In this document: one piece after another, positions 9,923 through 19,539 of the stretch
Numbering within the stretch: position 1 is the stretch's first letter
Layout: the number at the start of each line of letters is the position of its first letter
Source of the DNA: Spirochaetota bacterium
GTDB taxonomy: Bacteria; Spirochaetota; B62-G9; DRHN01
Length of the DNA: 37,965 nt
Direction of reading: 5' to 3'
Assembly (NCBI GenBank): GCA_020342115.1
Contig: CP070841.1
Location: 3,487,531 to 3,525,495, forward strand
The notes under the pieces: model-generated
Database searches by the model: none
What the model saw: the letters and a program-made list of their open reading frames with translations, nothing else
What the model was told of the DNA's origin: nothing
Translations under genes and position numbers: made by a program

Positions 9923-11272
9923 ATGAGACTTGAAGATCATTATCTTTTTCAAAGAGATATTGAGCATGATTATCCAGTCGCAGTAAGGGGTGAAGGGGTG
10001 TGGGTATGGGATAAAGATGGAAAAAAGTACCTTGATGCATGTGCAGGGGCTAATGTGACTGGAATCGGGCACGGGGTTAAAGAAATAGGCACTGCAATGG
10101 CATCTCAGGCCAATGATATTGCTTATGTACCTCCTCAACATTTCCTTGTGGAACCTTCTCTGAAACTTGCAGAAAAACTCATATCCATGGCTCCTGATGG
10201 GTTTTCTCGGGTGATGCTACTATCTGGTGGTTCAGAGGCTGTGGAAAATGCTTTTAAAATAGCTCGTCAGTATCATGTGCTTTCGGGTAACAGTTCCAAA
10301 TATAGAGTAGTCTCAAGATGGCAGGGATTTCATGGTAACACATTGACTGCAGATGCTGTTGGTGGACATACCATGAGGAGATCGATTTATACGCCAATGC
10401 TCATGAGTGTTCCCCACATTGTTCCTGCCTGCTGTTATAGATGTGCATTTGGCTTCAGATATCCAGGTTGTAATATTGAATGTGCGAAAGAGCTTGAGCG
10501 TGTAGTTATTCAGGAGGGACCAGAATATATTGCAGCTTTTATCGCTGAAACAATTGTTGGGGCTGCGGCAGCAGCTGTGAATCCAGTTCCTGAGTATTAT
10601 CCTATAATAAGGGAGATATGTGATAAATATAGCATACTCTGGATTGCAGACGAGGTCATGACAGGAGTAGGGAGAACAGGAAAATTTCTAGCAATTGAGC
10701 ACTGGGGTGTTACACCCGATCTTGTTGTACTGGCAAAGGGTTTATCAAGCGGATATGCTCCGCTTGCAGCTATTCTTATTCATGACAGGGTATTTCGAGC
10801 ATTCAGGGAAACTAAATCACCTTTTATTGGCGGGCACACATACAATGCACATCCAGTGACTGCAAGTGCTGGACTCGCTGTTTTAAATTACTTAGAGAAA
10901 CATAGGCTTATTGAGGGGGTGAAAGAAAAAGGCCCTTTGCTTCGCAGGGGCCTTGAATCCGTAGATAGTAAGGAGCCAATGATCGGTGATGTACGTGGGA
11001 GAGGCCTCATGTGGGGATTGGAGTTTGTAAAAGACAAAAAGACAAAGGAACCTTTTAATCAAGAGCTGAAGCTATCGTTCCATGTAATGCACAAAGCTAT
11101 GGAAAAGGGGCTTATCATCTACCCTGTTTCAGGGTGTGCAGATGGAAGAAGTGGAGACGGCGCTCTGATATGTCCTCCTCTCATAATAAATAAAGAGGAA
11201 ATCGATGTAATAGTTCAGAAACTTGAAGAAACAATTTCTGAGACAAGGCGAGAAATTGGAGGATTATTATGA
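9923..11272 (+). CDS. Class III PLP aminotransferase (omega-amine/BioA-like)
   Basis: Motifs SGGSEAVENA, GFHGNT, IADEVMTGVGRTG, PLP Lys in LAKGLSSGY, and GHTY. Confidence 0.93.
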   Translation: MRLEDHYLFQRDIEHDYPVAVRGEGVWVWDKDGKKYLDACAGANVTGIGHGVKEIGTAMASQANDIAYVPPQHFLVEPSLKLAEKLISMAPDGFSRVMLLSGGSEAVENAFKIARQYHVLSGNSSKYRVVSRWQGFHGNTLTADAVGGHTMRRSIYTPMLMSVPHIVPACCYRCAFGFRYPGCNIECAKELERVVIQEGPEYIAAFIAETIVGAAAAAVNPVPEYYPIIREICDKYSILWIADEVMTGVGRTGKFLAIEHWGVTPDLVVLAKGLSSGYAPLAAILIHDRVFRAFRETKSPFIGGHTYNAHPVTASAGLAVLNYLEKHRLIEGVKEKGPLLRRGLESVDSKEPMIGDVRGRGLMWGLEFVKDKKTKEPFNQELKLSFHVMHKAMEKGLIIYPVSGCADGRSGDGALICPPLIINKEEIDVIVQKLEETISETRREIGGLL

Positions 11273-11646
11273 TCATTGTCCATGAAGAGAGCGCTCCCGG
11301 ATTGGATATAAAAGAACCGTTTAAGAGGACACTTAAAGTTCTGCTTTCTCCTCTTATCAATAAAGAACTTAAATCGATTGCTGCCGGTTTAACAATTATC
11401 CCCTCAGGTGGTAAGTCAGATAACCATGAGCACCCGGAAGGTGAGATGTTCTATGTGGTCTCTGGTAAGGGAAGCATTCAGGTGGGTGAGGAAGTAGAGG
11501 TGTTGATCCCGGGTACAGCGGTCTGGGTACAACCAGGAACCAGCCATCAACTATGTAATGATAGTGATGCAACATTGAAGATTCTCTGGGTCTTAAGCCC
11601 CCCGGGAAGAGAAAAAGCTATAATCGACAAGATGCACAAAACGTAA
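11269..11646 (+). CDS. Cupin_2 domain protein
   Basis: Metal-binding cupin motifs HEHPEGEMFYVVSGKG and PGTSHQL. ATGA overlap with the aminotransferase. Confidence 0.85.
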   Translation: MIIVHEESAPGLDIKEPFKRTLKVLLSPLINKELKSIAAGLTIIPSGGKSDNHEHPEGEMFYVVSGKGSIQVGEEVEVLIPGTAVWVQPGTSHQLCNDSDATLKILWVLSPPGREKAIIDKMHKT

Positions 11647-11703
11647 TGAGAATCGATTTTAATGTTTAGAGGTTTTTAAAACCTGCATAAGGAGTATAAT
11701 TAT

Positions 11704-13140
11704 ATGAAACCTCCCTTTTTTGATATACTATCGAATCAAGAGATCATTCAAATAGATAGTGAATCAAAGCGTATCTTAGAAGAATCTGGTGTAAAAGTAC
11801 TACACGATGAATGCCTTAACCTACTAGAAGAGATAGGATGTAAAGTTGATAGAACATCTCAGATAGTACGCATTCCATCAAATGTAGTACAAAAAGTTGT
11901 TGAAGCAATACCTTCGAGTTTTTCATTATTTGGAAGAGACCCTGCAAAGAGAATTGAGCTCGGTGGTGAGAATGTTTATTTCGGTCCCGGGGGTTTTGCA
12001 GTTTTCGTAGAAGATTTGAATACAGGGAAAAGACGTCGCGCATTTAGACAGGACCTCATAGACCATCTCAAAGTCTCAGATGCATTGTCCGGATGTGAAT
12101 TTAACCATGTAAATGTCTTTCCGTCAGACATTCCGGAGAAAAATGCAGATCTCTATATATGGGCGGATGCTTTGATCTATCAGACAAAGCCAATAATGAG
12201 TGAGAACTATAATACAAGATCTGTAGAAGCTCTTGTTGAGATAGGCACAATTTTGAGAGGTGCACGAAAGGCTTTGATTGAAAAGCCTTTCCTCTGCCTC
12301 GATGTATGTGTGCTTTCGCCCTTAACCCACGACACACGTCAGGTTGATCTACTGCTTGCAGGAGCAAAATACGGGCTGCCTATAAGTATCAACTCAGGTC
12401 CAATAGCTGGAGCAACGAGCCCAGTTACTCTTGCTTCTGTTGTGTCCCAGGCCAATGCAGAGATTCTCAGTGCCATTGTCATTACCTTTGCCGCCACACC
12501 AGGAACACCGGTTCTCTACAGTAGCTGGGGCAGACACATGGATATGCGTTACTGCAATGTTACTATGGGGGGGCCGGAGTTTGCTTTATTAAAGGTATGT
12601 ATTTCACAGATGGGGAGGTATTATGGAATACCAACACGTGGTGGAGGTGCACTATCAGACAGCCTCTTGGTGGATACCCAGGCTGGATACGAAAAGATGC
12701 TTACCACCCTGATCCCGGCAATAGGTGGGCTTAACTATATCTCGGGAATGGGACTAAATGAAACTGAAAATCTTCAAAGCCTTGCCCAGCTTGTAATCGA
12801 TAATGAAATTGTTTCAATGGTAAAAAGGATTTTGAAAGGAGTAGAGGTGGACCGAGATCGCTTAGCAACCGAGCTTATCATCCAGAGAGGTCCAGGAAGT
12901 CATTTCCTTGATACCGATCACACCCTTCGTTTTTTTAGACAGGAGTTCTTTTATCCCGAGATTTCCAATCGAATGAAGTATGAGCCCTGGTCTGAAGGCG
13001 GAGCCCTTTCAGCAAGAGATCGTGCTCAAGAGAAAGCGAGAAAACTGCTTCAGAATAACCCTGAATCAGAGCTTGATTCACGAGTTATCAAAGAGATTTA
13101 TGAGATAGTAAAAAGAGAAGAAAGAACTAATAAAAATTAA
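11704..13140 (+). CDS. mttB: Non-pyrrolysine MttB-family corrinoid methyltransferase #1
   Basis: Motifs AGATSPVTLA, NAEILSA, DTQAGYEK, QLVIDNEI and GPGSHFL. Leu at the Pyl-equivalent site (GGGALSDS). Confidence 0.92.
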   Translation: MKPPFFDILSNQEIIQIDSESKRILEESGVKVLHDECLNLLEEIGCKVDRTSQIVRIPSNVVQKVVEAIPSSFSLFGRDPAKRIELGGENVYFGPGGFAVFVEDLNTGKRRRAFRQDLIDHLKVSDALSGCEFNHVNVFPSDIPEKNADLYIWADALIYQTKPIMSENYNTRSVEALVEIGTILRGARKALIEKPFLCLDVCVLSPLTHDTRQVDLLLAGAKYGLPISINSGPIAGATSPVTLASVVSQANAEILSAIVITFAATPGTPVLYSSWGRHMDMRYCNVTMGGPEFALLKVCISQMGRYYGIPTRGGGALSDSLLVDTQAGYEKMLTTLIPAIGGLNYISGMGLNETENLQSLAQLVIDNEIVSMVKRILKGVEVDRDRLATELIIQRGPGSHFLDTDHTLRFFRQEFFYPEISNRMKYEPWSEGGALSARDRAQEKARKLLQNNPESELDSRVIKEIYEIVKREERTNKN

Positions 13141-13154
13141 GAAGGGGTATAAAA

Positions 13155-14591
13155 ATGGGAAGTTGCTCACTGTCATTCGAACCTATGAATATTCTAACAG
13201 AAAAGGATTGTAATCTTATCCATGAAACAGCAATGGATATTTTAAATAAGGTAGGTGTGCACATTCCGCACCAGAAAACCCGTTCTATACTGATTGACGC
13301 AGGTGCCCATGGAGGTACTGGAGAAAGGGTTTATATTCCGGAAAGCGTTGTTCTCAATGCGATCAAGAGTGCTCCATCAGTCGTGTCTCTCACCGGTCTT
13401 GATCCGACCCATAAAGTAGATATCGGAGGATCCAATGTGTATTTCATGTCAGGGGCCGGACTTCTTGATGTACTGGATCTTGAGGGCAATATTCGGCCAT
13501 CGACTCTTGAGGATGTAGCTGATTTCACCCGTCTTTGTGATGCGCTTGAATATCTTGACGTTAACCATGGCGTTATAGATCCAGCCGATGTCCTTGGACC
13601 GGGTTTGTATCCTCTTGCAGCATCGAGGATAATTCCAAACACATCTAAGCCAACAGCCCTTGTGATTGATACAGGCAAGGATGTAGAGGCTATTGCAGAG
13701 ATGGCATCCGTTGCGCTTGGATCAGCTAAGGCTGTCAGAGATCGTCCCTTTTTCACCATACATGATTCAAATGCCAGACCTCCACTCCATCATGATCCTA
13801 AGAACTCTGAGGTTATTATTGAAGCATGTAGTAGAGGATTTCCAACAGGGCTATCCGTATGGCCAATGATTGGTCTCAGTTCTCCGATTACAATAGCAGG
13901 TACCATGGCACAGAAGTATGCGAATTTTTTTGCCGGCCTCGTACTTGCACAGAGTATTAATCCGGGCAATCCATTTCTCTTTCCTGTGGTATGTGGTGGG
14001 GTGGAAATGCGCACAGGGAATGTAGTGAGTGCGTCGCCAGATATAGCACTCGTAGGAATGGCAGGTGCCCAGATGGCCCGTTTTTATAACCTTCCTTCAG
14101 TCACTGTTATTGCTACTGACGCCAAGGTACCTGATGCTCAATCCGGTGCAGAGAAGGCATTTCTCTTGACCACTCAAGCACTGGCAGGAATCAATCTTAT
14201 TCATGGCTGTACAAGTGAGATGGATGGAATGATGATTGCCTCATTGGAGCAGTGCGTAATTGACAATGAGATAATGATGATGGTACGGCATCTCATTTCC
14301 GGTTTTATTGTGGATAGAGAAAACCTTGCATTTGAAGTTATCAAAGAGGTCTCTATTGGAGATGGCAACTACCTCGCTCATCAGCACACACTTGAGCGTT
14401 TCAGGAAATTGCTGTTTGAACCAAAAGTATTTACAAAGGACAGGAGAGCAGATTGGATTTCAAAGGGATCATTGTCTGCAAGGCAGCAGGCTCGAATGAG
14501 GGCTGAAAAGATTTTAGTCGAGCACTTTCCTTCACACATGTCAAAGGAGCAGGTAGCGGAAATTGAAAAGATTGCTGAGTCATACAGATGA
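13155..14591 (+). CDS. mttB: Non-pyrrolysine MttB-family methyltransferase #2
   Basis: Motifs GLSSPITIAG, TDAKVPDAQSGAEK, EQCVIDNEI and GNYLAHQHT. Confidence 0.9.
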   Translation: MGSCSLSFEPMNILTEKDCNLIHETAMDILNKVGVHIPHQKTRSILIDAGAHGGTGERVYIPESVVLNAIKSAPSVVSLTGLDPTHKVDIGGSNVYFMSGAGLLDVLDLEGNIRPSTLEDVADFTRLCDALEYLDVNHGVIDPADVLGPGLYPLAASRIIPNTSKPTALVIDTGKDVEAIAEMASVALGSAKAVRDRPFFTIHDSNARPPLHHDPKNSEVIIEACSRGFPTGLSVWPMIGLSSPITIAGTMAQKYANFFAGLVLAQSINPGNPFLFPVVCGGVEMRTGNVVSASPDIALVGMAGAQMARFYNLPSVTVIATDAKVPDAQSGAEKAFLLTTQALAGINLIHGCTSEMDGMMIASLEQCVIDNEIMMMVRHLISGFIVDRENLAFEVIKEVSIGDGNYLAHQHTLERFRKLLFEPKVFTKDRRADWISKGSLSARQQARMRAEKILVEHFPSHMSKEQVAEIEKIAESYR

Positions 14592-14601
14592 AGGGGGATT
14601 G

Positions 14602-15663
14602 TTACTTCCCGACATCATGTAACTTCATCCAAGCTTGGCAGATTGCATCGATATTATCGAGGGGAACATCCCTGCTAGGTATCGCATAGAGCATCAGCCC
14701 TCCCTTGGAAGTTCCCACTGATTCGACAATCTCCCGAACCTGGTTTTCGATTTCTTCCGGTGTAGCATATGGTAGCATCTGCTCGTCTATATCCACAAGG
14801 GCACACAATTTTCCCCTGTATTCCTTTGCAATGCCTTGAATCGTATTGGCTCGCACCTGAGGATCGTGCAGTGACACGCCGCATTCAAAGAGATCGTTAA
14901 CAATATCTAGAACATTGCCGTCAGAGGAGTACCAGACATGGACTCCCTCCTTTCGGCAGTACTGAAACATTTTCATATAGAAAGGTTTGAGCCACTTACG
15001 AAAAGTTTTGGGACTAATAAGGAGGCCATTTTGAGTACCAATATCACCATGAAACCAGATCACGTCGATATCTATCTCCAGCCAGAGGTCTATATACCTC
15101 ATGTTATATGAAAATACCATATCGATAAGCTCGTGTAATTCAGGGGGCTCTGTGACAAAGTCAACAAGCAGGTTTTCAAGGCCTCGTAAAAACTGAAGCC
15201 GGTCAAAAAAACCGCCATGGGCGAATGATTCTGGAAATCCAATGACCGGAAGACCTGCATCCCGTTCAATCTTCTTTTCCTTTTTGAGTCTCTTCCAGTC
15301 GGCCTGTTCGGCAGGGTCGGGAACCTTAAGAGACCGCAATCCATTCCAGTTTTCGAGGGGATGACCGATGACCTGCCCAAGTATTCCATCCTGAGCGTTG
15401 TACCAAGTACATCCCCAGTCGTCTATTACTGTTTGCCCTTCGATATACAGAGGATTGGTCGCTACGGGAGATATCTGGCCTTTTTCGTACCCCTCAAAAA
15501 TGTCGGGATACCGTAATATAAGCTCCTCCAGATTGACCCCATGTTGCTTCCATACTGCAGGCAGGAGCTCGAAGATAATGGGAATCCACTGTGGTCGGTT
15601 AAACTCAATAGCACGCAGGAAGTTATCCCGTGATGATATGTTTCGGTTTAAGCAGGGTGTCAT
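14602..15663 (-). CDS. UroD/MtaA-CmuA-fold protein (uroporphyrinogen decarboxylase superfamily)
   Basis: Motifs DDWGCTW, FLRGLENLLVD, GDIGTQNGLLISP, SSDG and DVPLDNI. No HemE RQAGR motif. Start is ATG 15663 or TTG 15672. Confidence 0.85.
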   Translation of the reverse strand: MTPCLNRNISSRDNFLRAIEFNRPQWIPIIFELLPAVWKQHGVNLEELILRYPDIFEGYEKGQISPVATNPLYIEGQTVIDDWGCTWYNAQDGILGQVIGHPLENWNGLRSLKVPDPAEQADWKRLKKEKKIERDAGLPVIGFPESFAHGGFFDRLQFLRGLENLLVDFVTEPPELHELIDMVFSYNMRYIDLWLEIDIDVIWFHGDIGTQNGLLISPKTFRKWLKPFYMKMFQYCRKEGVHVWYSSDGNVLDIVNDLFECGVSLHDPQVRANTIQGIAKEYRGKLCALVDIDEQMLPYATPEEIENQVREIVESVGTSKGGLMLYAIPSRDVPLDNIDAICQAWMKLHDVGK

Positions 15664-15679
15664 GTCATGCAATTACCTC

Positions 15680-15997
15680 CACTTGTATCGCTGCAATTAT
15701 TGGAATGGAAAAGTCTTAACAATCCAGTGTGTCAGCCGGTGAAATGATAGATACATATTCTGATACAGTCAAAGAAATATTATTAAGTACGGCAATAACC
15801 TTTGCAGTAGGATAATCATCCATAGTAAGAATGACGGATATATTATTCATATATTGTAAAGATAAAGCACAATAATTAATTTGCCTGGAATTTGAATGGT
15901 CATATGCACACATTACTCTTTTAAAACCAGTAAAACTTCCTCCAGCGATGTTGTTATCTCGGGTTAAATATTTTTTTGTAAGCAATATGACCCTGCC
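15680..15997 (-). pseudogene. Probable decayed LacI-family regulator (C-terminal ligand-binding part)
   Basis: GRVILL..GFKRVM..ISVILTMDDYPTAKVIAVLNNISLTVSEYVSIISPADTLDC*DFSIPIIAAIQ resembles the LacI C-terminus (TAIF..ND..A..V..L...GLxVPEDVSIIGFDD....PPLTTI.Q). In-frame stop, no HTH. Confidence 0.45.
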
Positions 15998-16050
15998 TTG
16001 ATTTTTCCAATTTAAAATATAGTATCGCAATAATAAGAGATAAAAAAGAA

Positions 16051-16078
16051 TTGACAACAATCAATAATCATATACACT
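16051..16078 (+). promoter_or_regulatory. Putative sigma70 promoter for ABC operon 2
   Basis: TTGACA at 16051-16056, 16-bp spacer, TACACT at 16073-16078. Confidence 0.5.
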
Positions 16079-16196
16079 ATATTTAATTTTTACTTTGAGT
16101 ATTTAATTGATCGGTATTATCACTATTATCATGAAATAATTCAACGTACACCATACACAAGGTGTCATTAGTTTAAATTAAATAAGGAGGTTCGGT

Positions 16197-17525
16197 ATGA
16201 GAAGCATTAAGCTTTTAAGGGTATTCATTTGTCTTGCTATTTTGTTCAGTGTTTGTGGGCTGATTTATGCAAGCGATAAAGAAGAGGAAGTCACCCTGGT
16301 ATTCTGGTGGTGGGGCGAAACAGAACTCCAGGGATTGACGGGCTGGCTTGATGATACGATAGCCATATTCGAGGAGGAGCATCCGAACGTTACGGTCGAG
16401 GCTACTTTACTGGATACGTTAAGTGTGTTTAGTGATTTCCCCACAGCTTCCGCAGCTGGAGAACCACCTGATCTACAGTTCGCGTGGAATGGAATATATG
16501 TTATGGAGTGGGCATGGTTGGGTTATGTCGAGCCGTTGGATGAGTGGATACCGAAGAACGAGCTCAAACACATGATTGCAACACCGCTTTCGAACTTTAA
16601 AGGAAAACAGTACCGTGCAGGATGGTATCTGTTTGGTCATGGCTGGCTTTATAACAAGTCATTGTATCAGAAAGCCGGTGTACCAGAAAGTTTGACTCCA
16701 CCCAAAACCTGGGACGAGTGGTTGGAGGTGTGCCAGATACTAAAAGATGCAGGAATTACTCCTATTTCATTGGGAACCCAGGATCAACTGGTTGGAGACT
16801 GGTTGATTTCCCTGTTTTTGATTCAACAGCTGGATTCTATCAGAGATCCCATTAAACTCTGTGTTGGAGAGCTGAGATGGGATGATCCTCGCTACTATGA
16901 GTACTGGGTTCGAATTAAAGAGCTATGGGACAAAGGCTACATAAATGACGATGTAAGCTCTCTGGAGCTCTATCAGGCTCAGGATCTATTTACCAAGGGC
17001 GATGCAGCGATGACCATAGCAGTGGGTACTATTATTCCGGCTATGGAGAAAGCACTCGGTAGAGAAAATATTGGTGTTATGAAGACACCGACCTTCGGGG
17101 TAGGAAAGTTAGCCGAGAAGGATATAAGCTATACCCAGGGAGTGATTATTTCTCCTGGTTCCAAACATAAGGATCTTGCAGCAGAGTTTATAAGACTCAT
17201 GCACAGGGAGGACAGATATAATGCCCTGTGGGATGACTTAGGAGCTATTCCAGCAGATGACAGGTTTAATCCTAACAAGATAGACGACCCGTTGATAAGA
17301 GAGACTTGGAACTGGGTTGAGAATTCGACCATATATGTAGGAGATACCATTCCGTGGGCTATACTGGGAGAAGCAGCGTATGTTGGCTGTCAGGAGCTGT
17401 TTGCCGGGATGAAATCTCCCAGGGAATTAGGCGAAAAAGCACAGAGACTTGCTGAACAGTGGAGAGAACAGAATCCAGACATGCTCCAGAACTACTTTGA
17501 CTGGTTAGAAGGGCTGTCTGATTAA
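16197..17525 (+). CDS. CUT1 ABC substrate-binding protein 2 (paralog of 3626..4990)
   Basis: Shares LVFWWWG, ASAAGxPPDLQ, GKQYRAGWYL, TPPKTWDE and EFIRxMHR with SBP1. AAGGAGG RBS. Confidence 0.9.
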   Translation: MRSIKLLRVFICLAILFSVCGLIYASDKEEEVTLVFWWWGETELQGLTGWLDDTIAIFEEEHPNVTVEATLLDTLSVFSDFPTASAAGEPPDLQFAWNGIYVMEWAWLGYVEPLDEWIPKNELKHMIATPLSNFKGKQYRAGWYLFGHGWLYNKSLYQKAGVPESLTPPKTWDEWLEVCQILKDAGITPISLGTQDQLVGDWLISLFLIQQLDSIRDPIKLCVGELRWDDPRYYEYWVRIKELWDKGYINDDVSSLELYQAQDLFTKGDAAMTIAVGTIIPAMEKALGRENIGVMKTPTFGVGKLAEKDISYTQGVIISPGSKHKDLAAEFIRLMHREDRYNALWDDLGAIPADDRFNPNKIDDPLIRETWNWVENSTIYVGDTIPWAILGEAAYVGCQELFAGMKSPRELGEKAQRLAEQWREQNPDMLQNYFDWLEGLSD

Positions 17526-17540
17526 ATTGTTGTGACATTA

Positions 17541-17574
17541 TGGGGGCTGTTATTTTAATAATGACAAGCCCCCA
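17541..17574 (+). terminator. Intergenic stem-loop after SBP2
   Basis: TGGGGGCT...AGCCCCCA stem, extended by GTTAT/ATGAC. Same relative position as the hairpin after SBP1. Confidence 0.6.
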
Positions 17575-17638
17575 CTACTTAATTACATTTATAGCTAGAT
17601 ATTGTTACCATTAACAAATTACACCTACAATTAATCAA

Positions 17639-18520
17639 TTGATACTAAGAACGAAAAAATTCACCCCTTATATCTACTTGTTTCCTGCCATTCTAATTCT
17701 GGGACTGATTTACGGTTACTCATTGGTGAGGGTATTCGATTTTTCCACAAGAAGGATCAGAGGCATAACCGGTGTATTCATAGGTCTTGATAATTATAAA
17801 TTTGTAATTAGTGACCCCGTATTCAGGAAGGCAGTTCTAAATAACATAAATCTTTTTGTGTTGATTCCGATATTGGTGTTTTTGGCAATTATTATTTCAT
17901 ATTTATTATTTGAGCAGCTCAGAGGCTGGAAAGTTTATAGAGGTGTAATTTTTATGCCTTATATTTTACCAATACCAGTGGTAGGGGTCATTTTCGGGTA
18001 TATGTTCACTTTACATGGGGTTGTTAATAGTTTTTTAAAACTTGTTAAGTTAGATTTTTTAGCCATCGATTGGCTGGGAAGCCCCAAATTTGCGTTGTGG
18101 ACTTTAATGATCATCATTTTATGGAAAGAATTGGGTTTTGGGATAATTCTTTTTTTGGCACGGCTTATGAGCTTGGAAAAAGAGATTTTTGAAAGCGCCG
18201 AGATTGACGGTGCAGGCTGGTGGGGTAAATTATTTTATGTAACCATTCCTCAGATGAGAACAATAATTGAGTTTTTTGCTATTATTACTGTGATAAACAT
18301 GCTCAGCTGGGTTTTTGCCTACTCCTATACGGTTACGCTTGGTGGTCCCGGGGATGCTACTATGGTAATGGAGCTGTTCATATTTAATAAGCTTGGAAGA
18401 AGTCAATTACCGATGCCTGGGATAGCGTCTGCTGCGTCAGTGTTTCTGTTTTCTGGGACAGCCGTTTTGATATTCTTTTTGTTCAGAATTCGAAAAGAGA
18501 TCGGGCAGGAAGAAACCTAA
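17639..18520 (+). CDS. Carbohydrate ABC permease (MalF-like), paralog of 5060..5932
   Basis: Motifs FDFSTRRIRG, WKELGFGIILFLARLMS and EAA loop ESAEIDGAG. Confidence 0.92.
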   Translation: MILRTKKFTPYIYLFPAILILGLIYGYSLVRVFDFSTRRIRGITGVFIGLDNYKFVISDPVFRKAVLNNINLFVLIPILVFLAIIISYLLFEQLRGWKVYRGVIFMPYILPIPVVGVIFGYMFTLHGVVNSFLKLVKLDFLAIDWLGSPKFALWTLMIIILWKELGFGIILFLARLMSLEKEIFESAEIDGAGWWGKLFYVTIPQMRTIIEFFAIITVINMLSWVFAYSYTVTLGGPGDATMVMELFIFNKLGRSQLPMPGIASAASVFLFSGTAVLIFFLFRIRKEIGQEET

Positions 18521-18667
18521 TGTGGACAAGCCACATGCTTGATTCAAATACTTTATTGCCAGACTGGCAAGAAAATCAAGGTTAAGGTACTAATGAGGGT
18601 TACTCTCATTTTTGATTAAAATTATTTTTTTGCTAGAATAGCAAAAAATGAGGATTAAGGTATTAAT
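18518..18667 (+). repeat. Two tandem 73-bp two-hairpin mosaic repeat units
   Basis: TAAT recurs at 18518, 18591 and 18664. Each unit is hairpin A, then TTGATT, then hairpin B (TTGC..GCAA), then TTAAGGTA. Confidence 0.85.
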
Positions 18668-18684
18668 AAGCTAAGAAGGAAAGG

Positions 18685-19527
18685 ATGCAGAACACAAAGC
18701 TATTAAATTACAATTATGGTAACTTTTTTAAATACCTTTTAATAATTTTAGCCTCTCTAGTTTGTATTTATCCTCTCTTTTGGCTGATTACCGTATCCCT
18801 CAAGACCCAGGCTCAGTATTTAGCCAGTAAGTTCAGTCTGCCCTGGCCTTTATATTTTCAAAATTTTATATCAGCCGTAGATAATGAAAAATTTTTTCTA
18901 TGGTTTATGAACTCTGGCATTCTCACTGTAGGCTCGGTTGCTCTCTGTACCATAATATCTCTTTTAGCTGCGTATGCTATTGTATTCATGAGTTTTAGGG
19001 GAAAGCAGATTATCATGAATAGCATAATCTCATTGATGGCGGTCCCAATTGTGGTAATGATAGTGCCTCTATATATTTTGTTTGTTCGTATCCATCTTAT
19101 GAGTACCTATCCAGGAGTGATACTGATATATTCTGCAGTATGCATCCCTTTCTCTATATATCTTTTAACCAGCTTTTTCAAGAGTCTTCCCGGAGAATTA
19201 TTGGAAGCTGCTATTATCGATGGTTGTAGTAACTTAAAAGTTTTGTCAAAGGTAATCATTCCTTTATCGGGCCCACCGGTACTTACTCTCATTATAGTAA
19301 ATGCATTATGGGTATGGAACGATCTATTAATTGCATTAGTGTTCCTGCCCAGAACGGACATGAGAACTCTAATGGTGGGGTTGACAGTGTTCAAATCAAA
19401 ATTTAATTTAGATGTTCCGCTCACTATGGCAGGTTTACTTATAGTATCTTTGCCTATGATTATTATTTATATAATCTTTCAAAGATACTTCATCCGGGGT
19501 TTAATCTCGGGAGCATTGAAAGGATAA
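18685..19527 (+). CDS. Carbohydrate ABC permease (MalG-like), paralog of 5929..6786
   Basis: Motifs EAAIIDGCS, WNDLLIALVFLP and QRYFIRGLISGALKG. Confidence 0.92.
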   Translation: MQNTKLLNYNYGNFFKYLLIILASLVCIYPLFWLITVSLKTQAQYLASKFSLPWPLYFQNFISAVDNEKFFLWFMNSGILTVGSVALCTIISLLAAYAIVFMSFRGKQIIMNSIISLMAVPIVVMIVPLYILFVRIHLMSTYPGVILIYSAVCIPFSIYLLTSFFKSLPGELLEAAIIDGCSNLKVLSKVIIPLSGPPVLTLIIVNALWVWNDLLIALVFLPRTDMRTLMVGLTVFKSKFNLDVPLTMAGLLIVSLPMIIIYIIFQRYFIRGLISGALKG

Positions 19528-19539
19528 GAAAGGCGAGCT

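Noticed and set aside
15660-15668. ATG-ACA-TGA minigene overlapping the start of the UroD-fold gene
   Set aside because: More simply explained as a 5-bp ATGAC duplication, with no evidence of function.
18515-18590. Integron attC site (ACCTAAT...GTTAAGG)
   Set aside because: The core-site match is imperfect, the unit forms two separate hairpins rather than one long stem, the flanks are operonic permeases, and no integrase is present.
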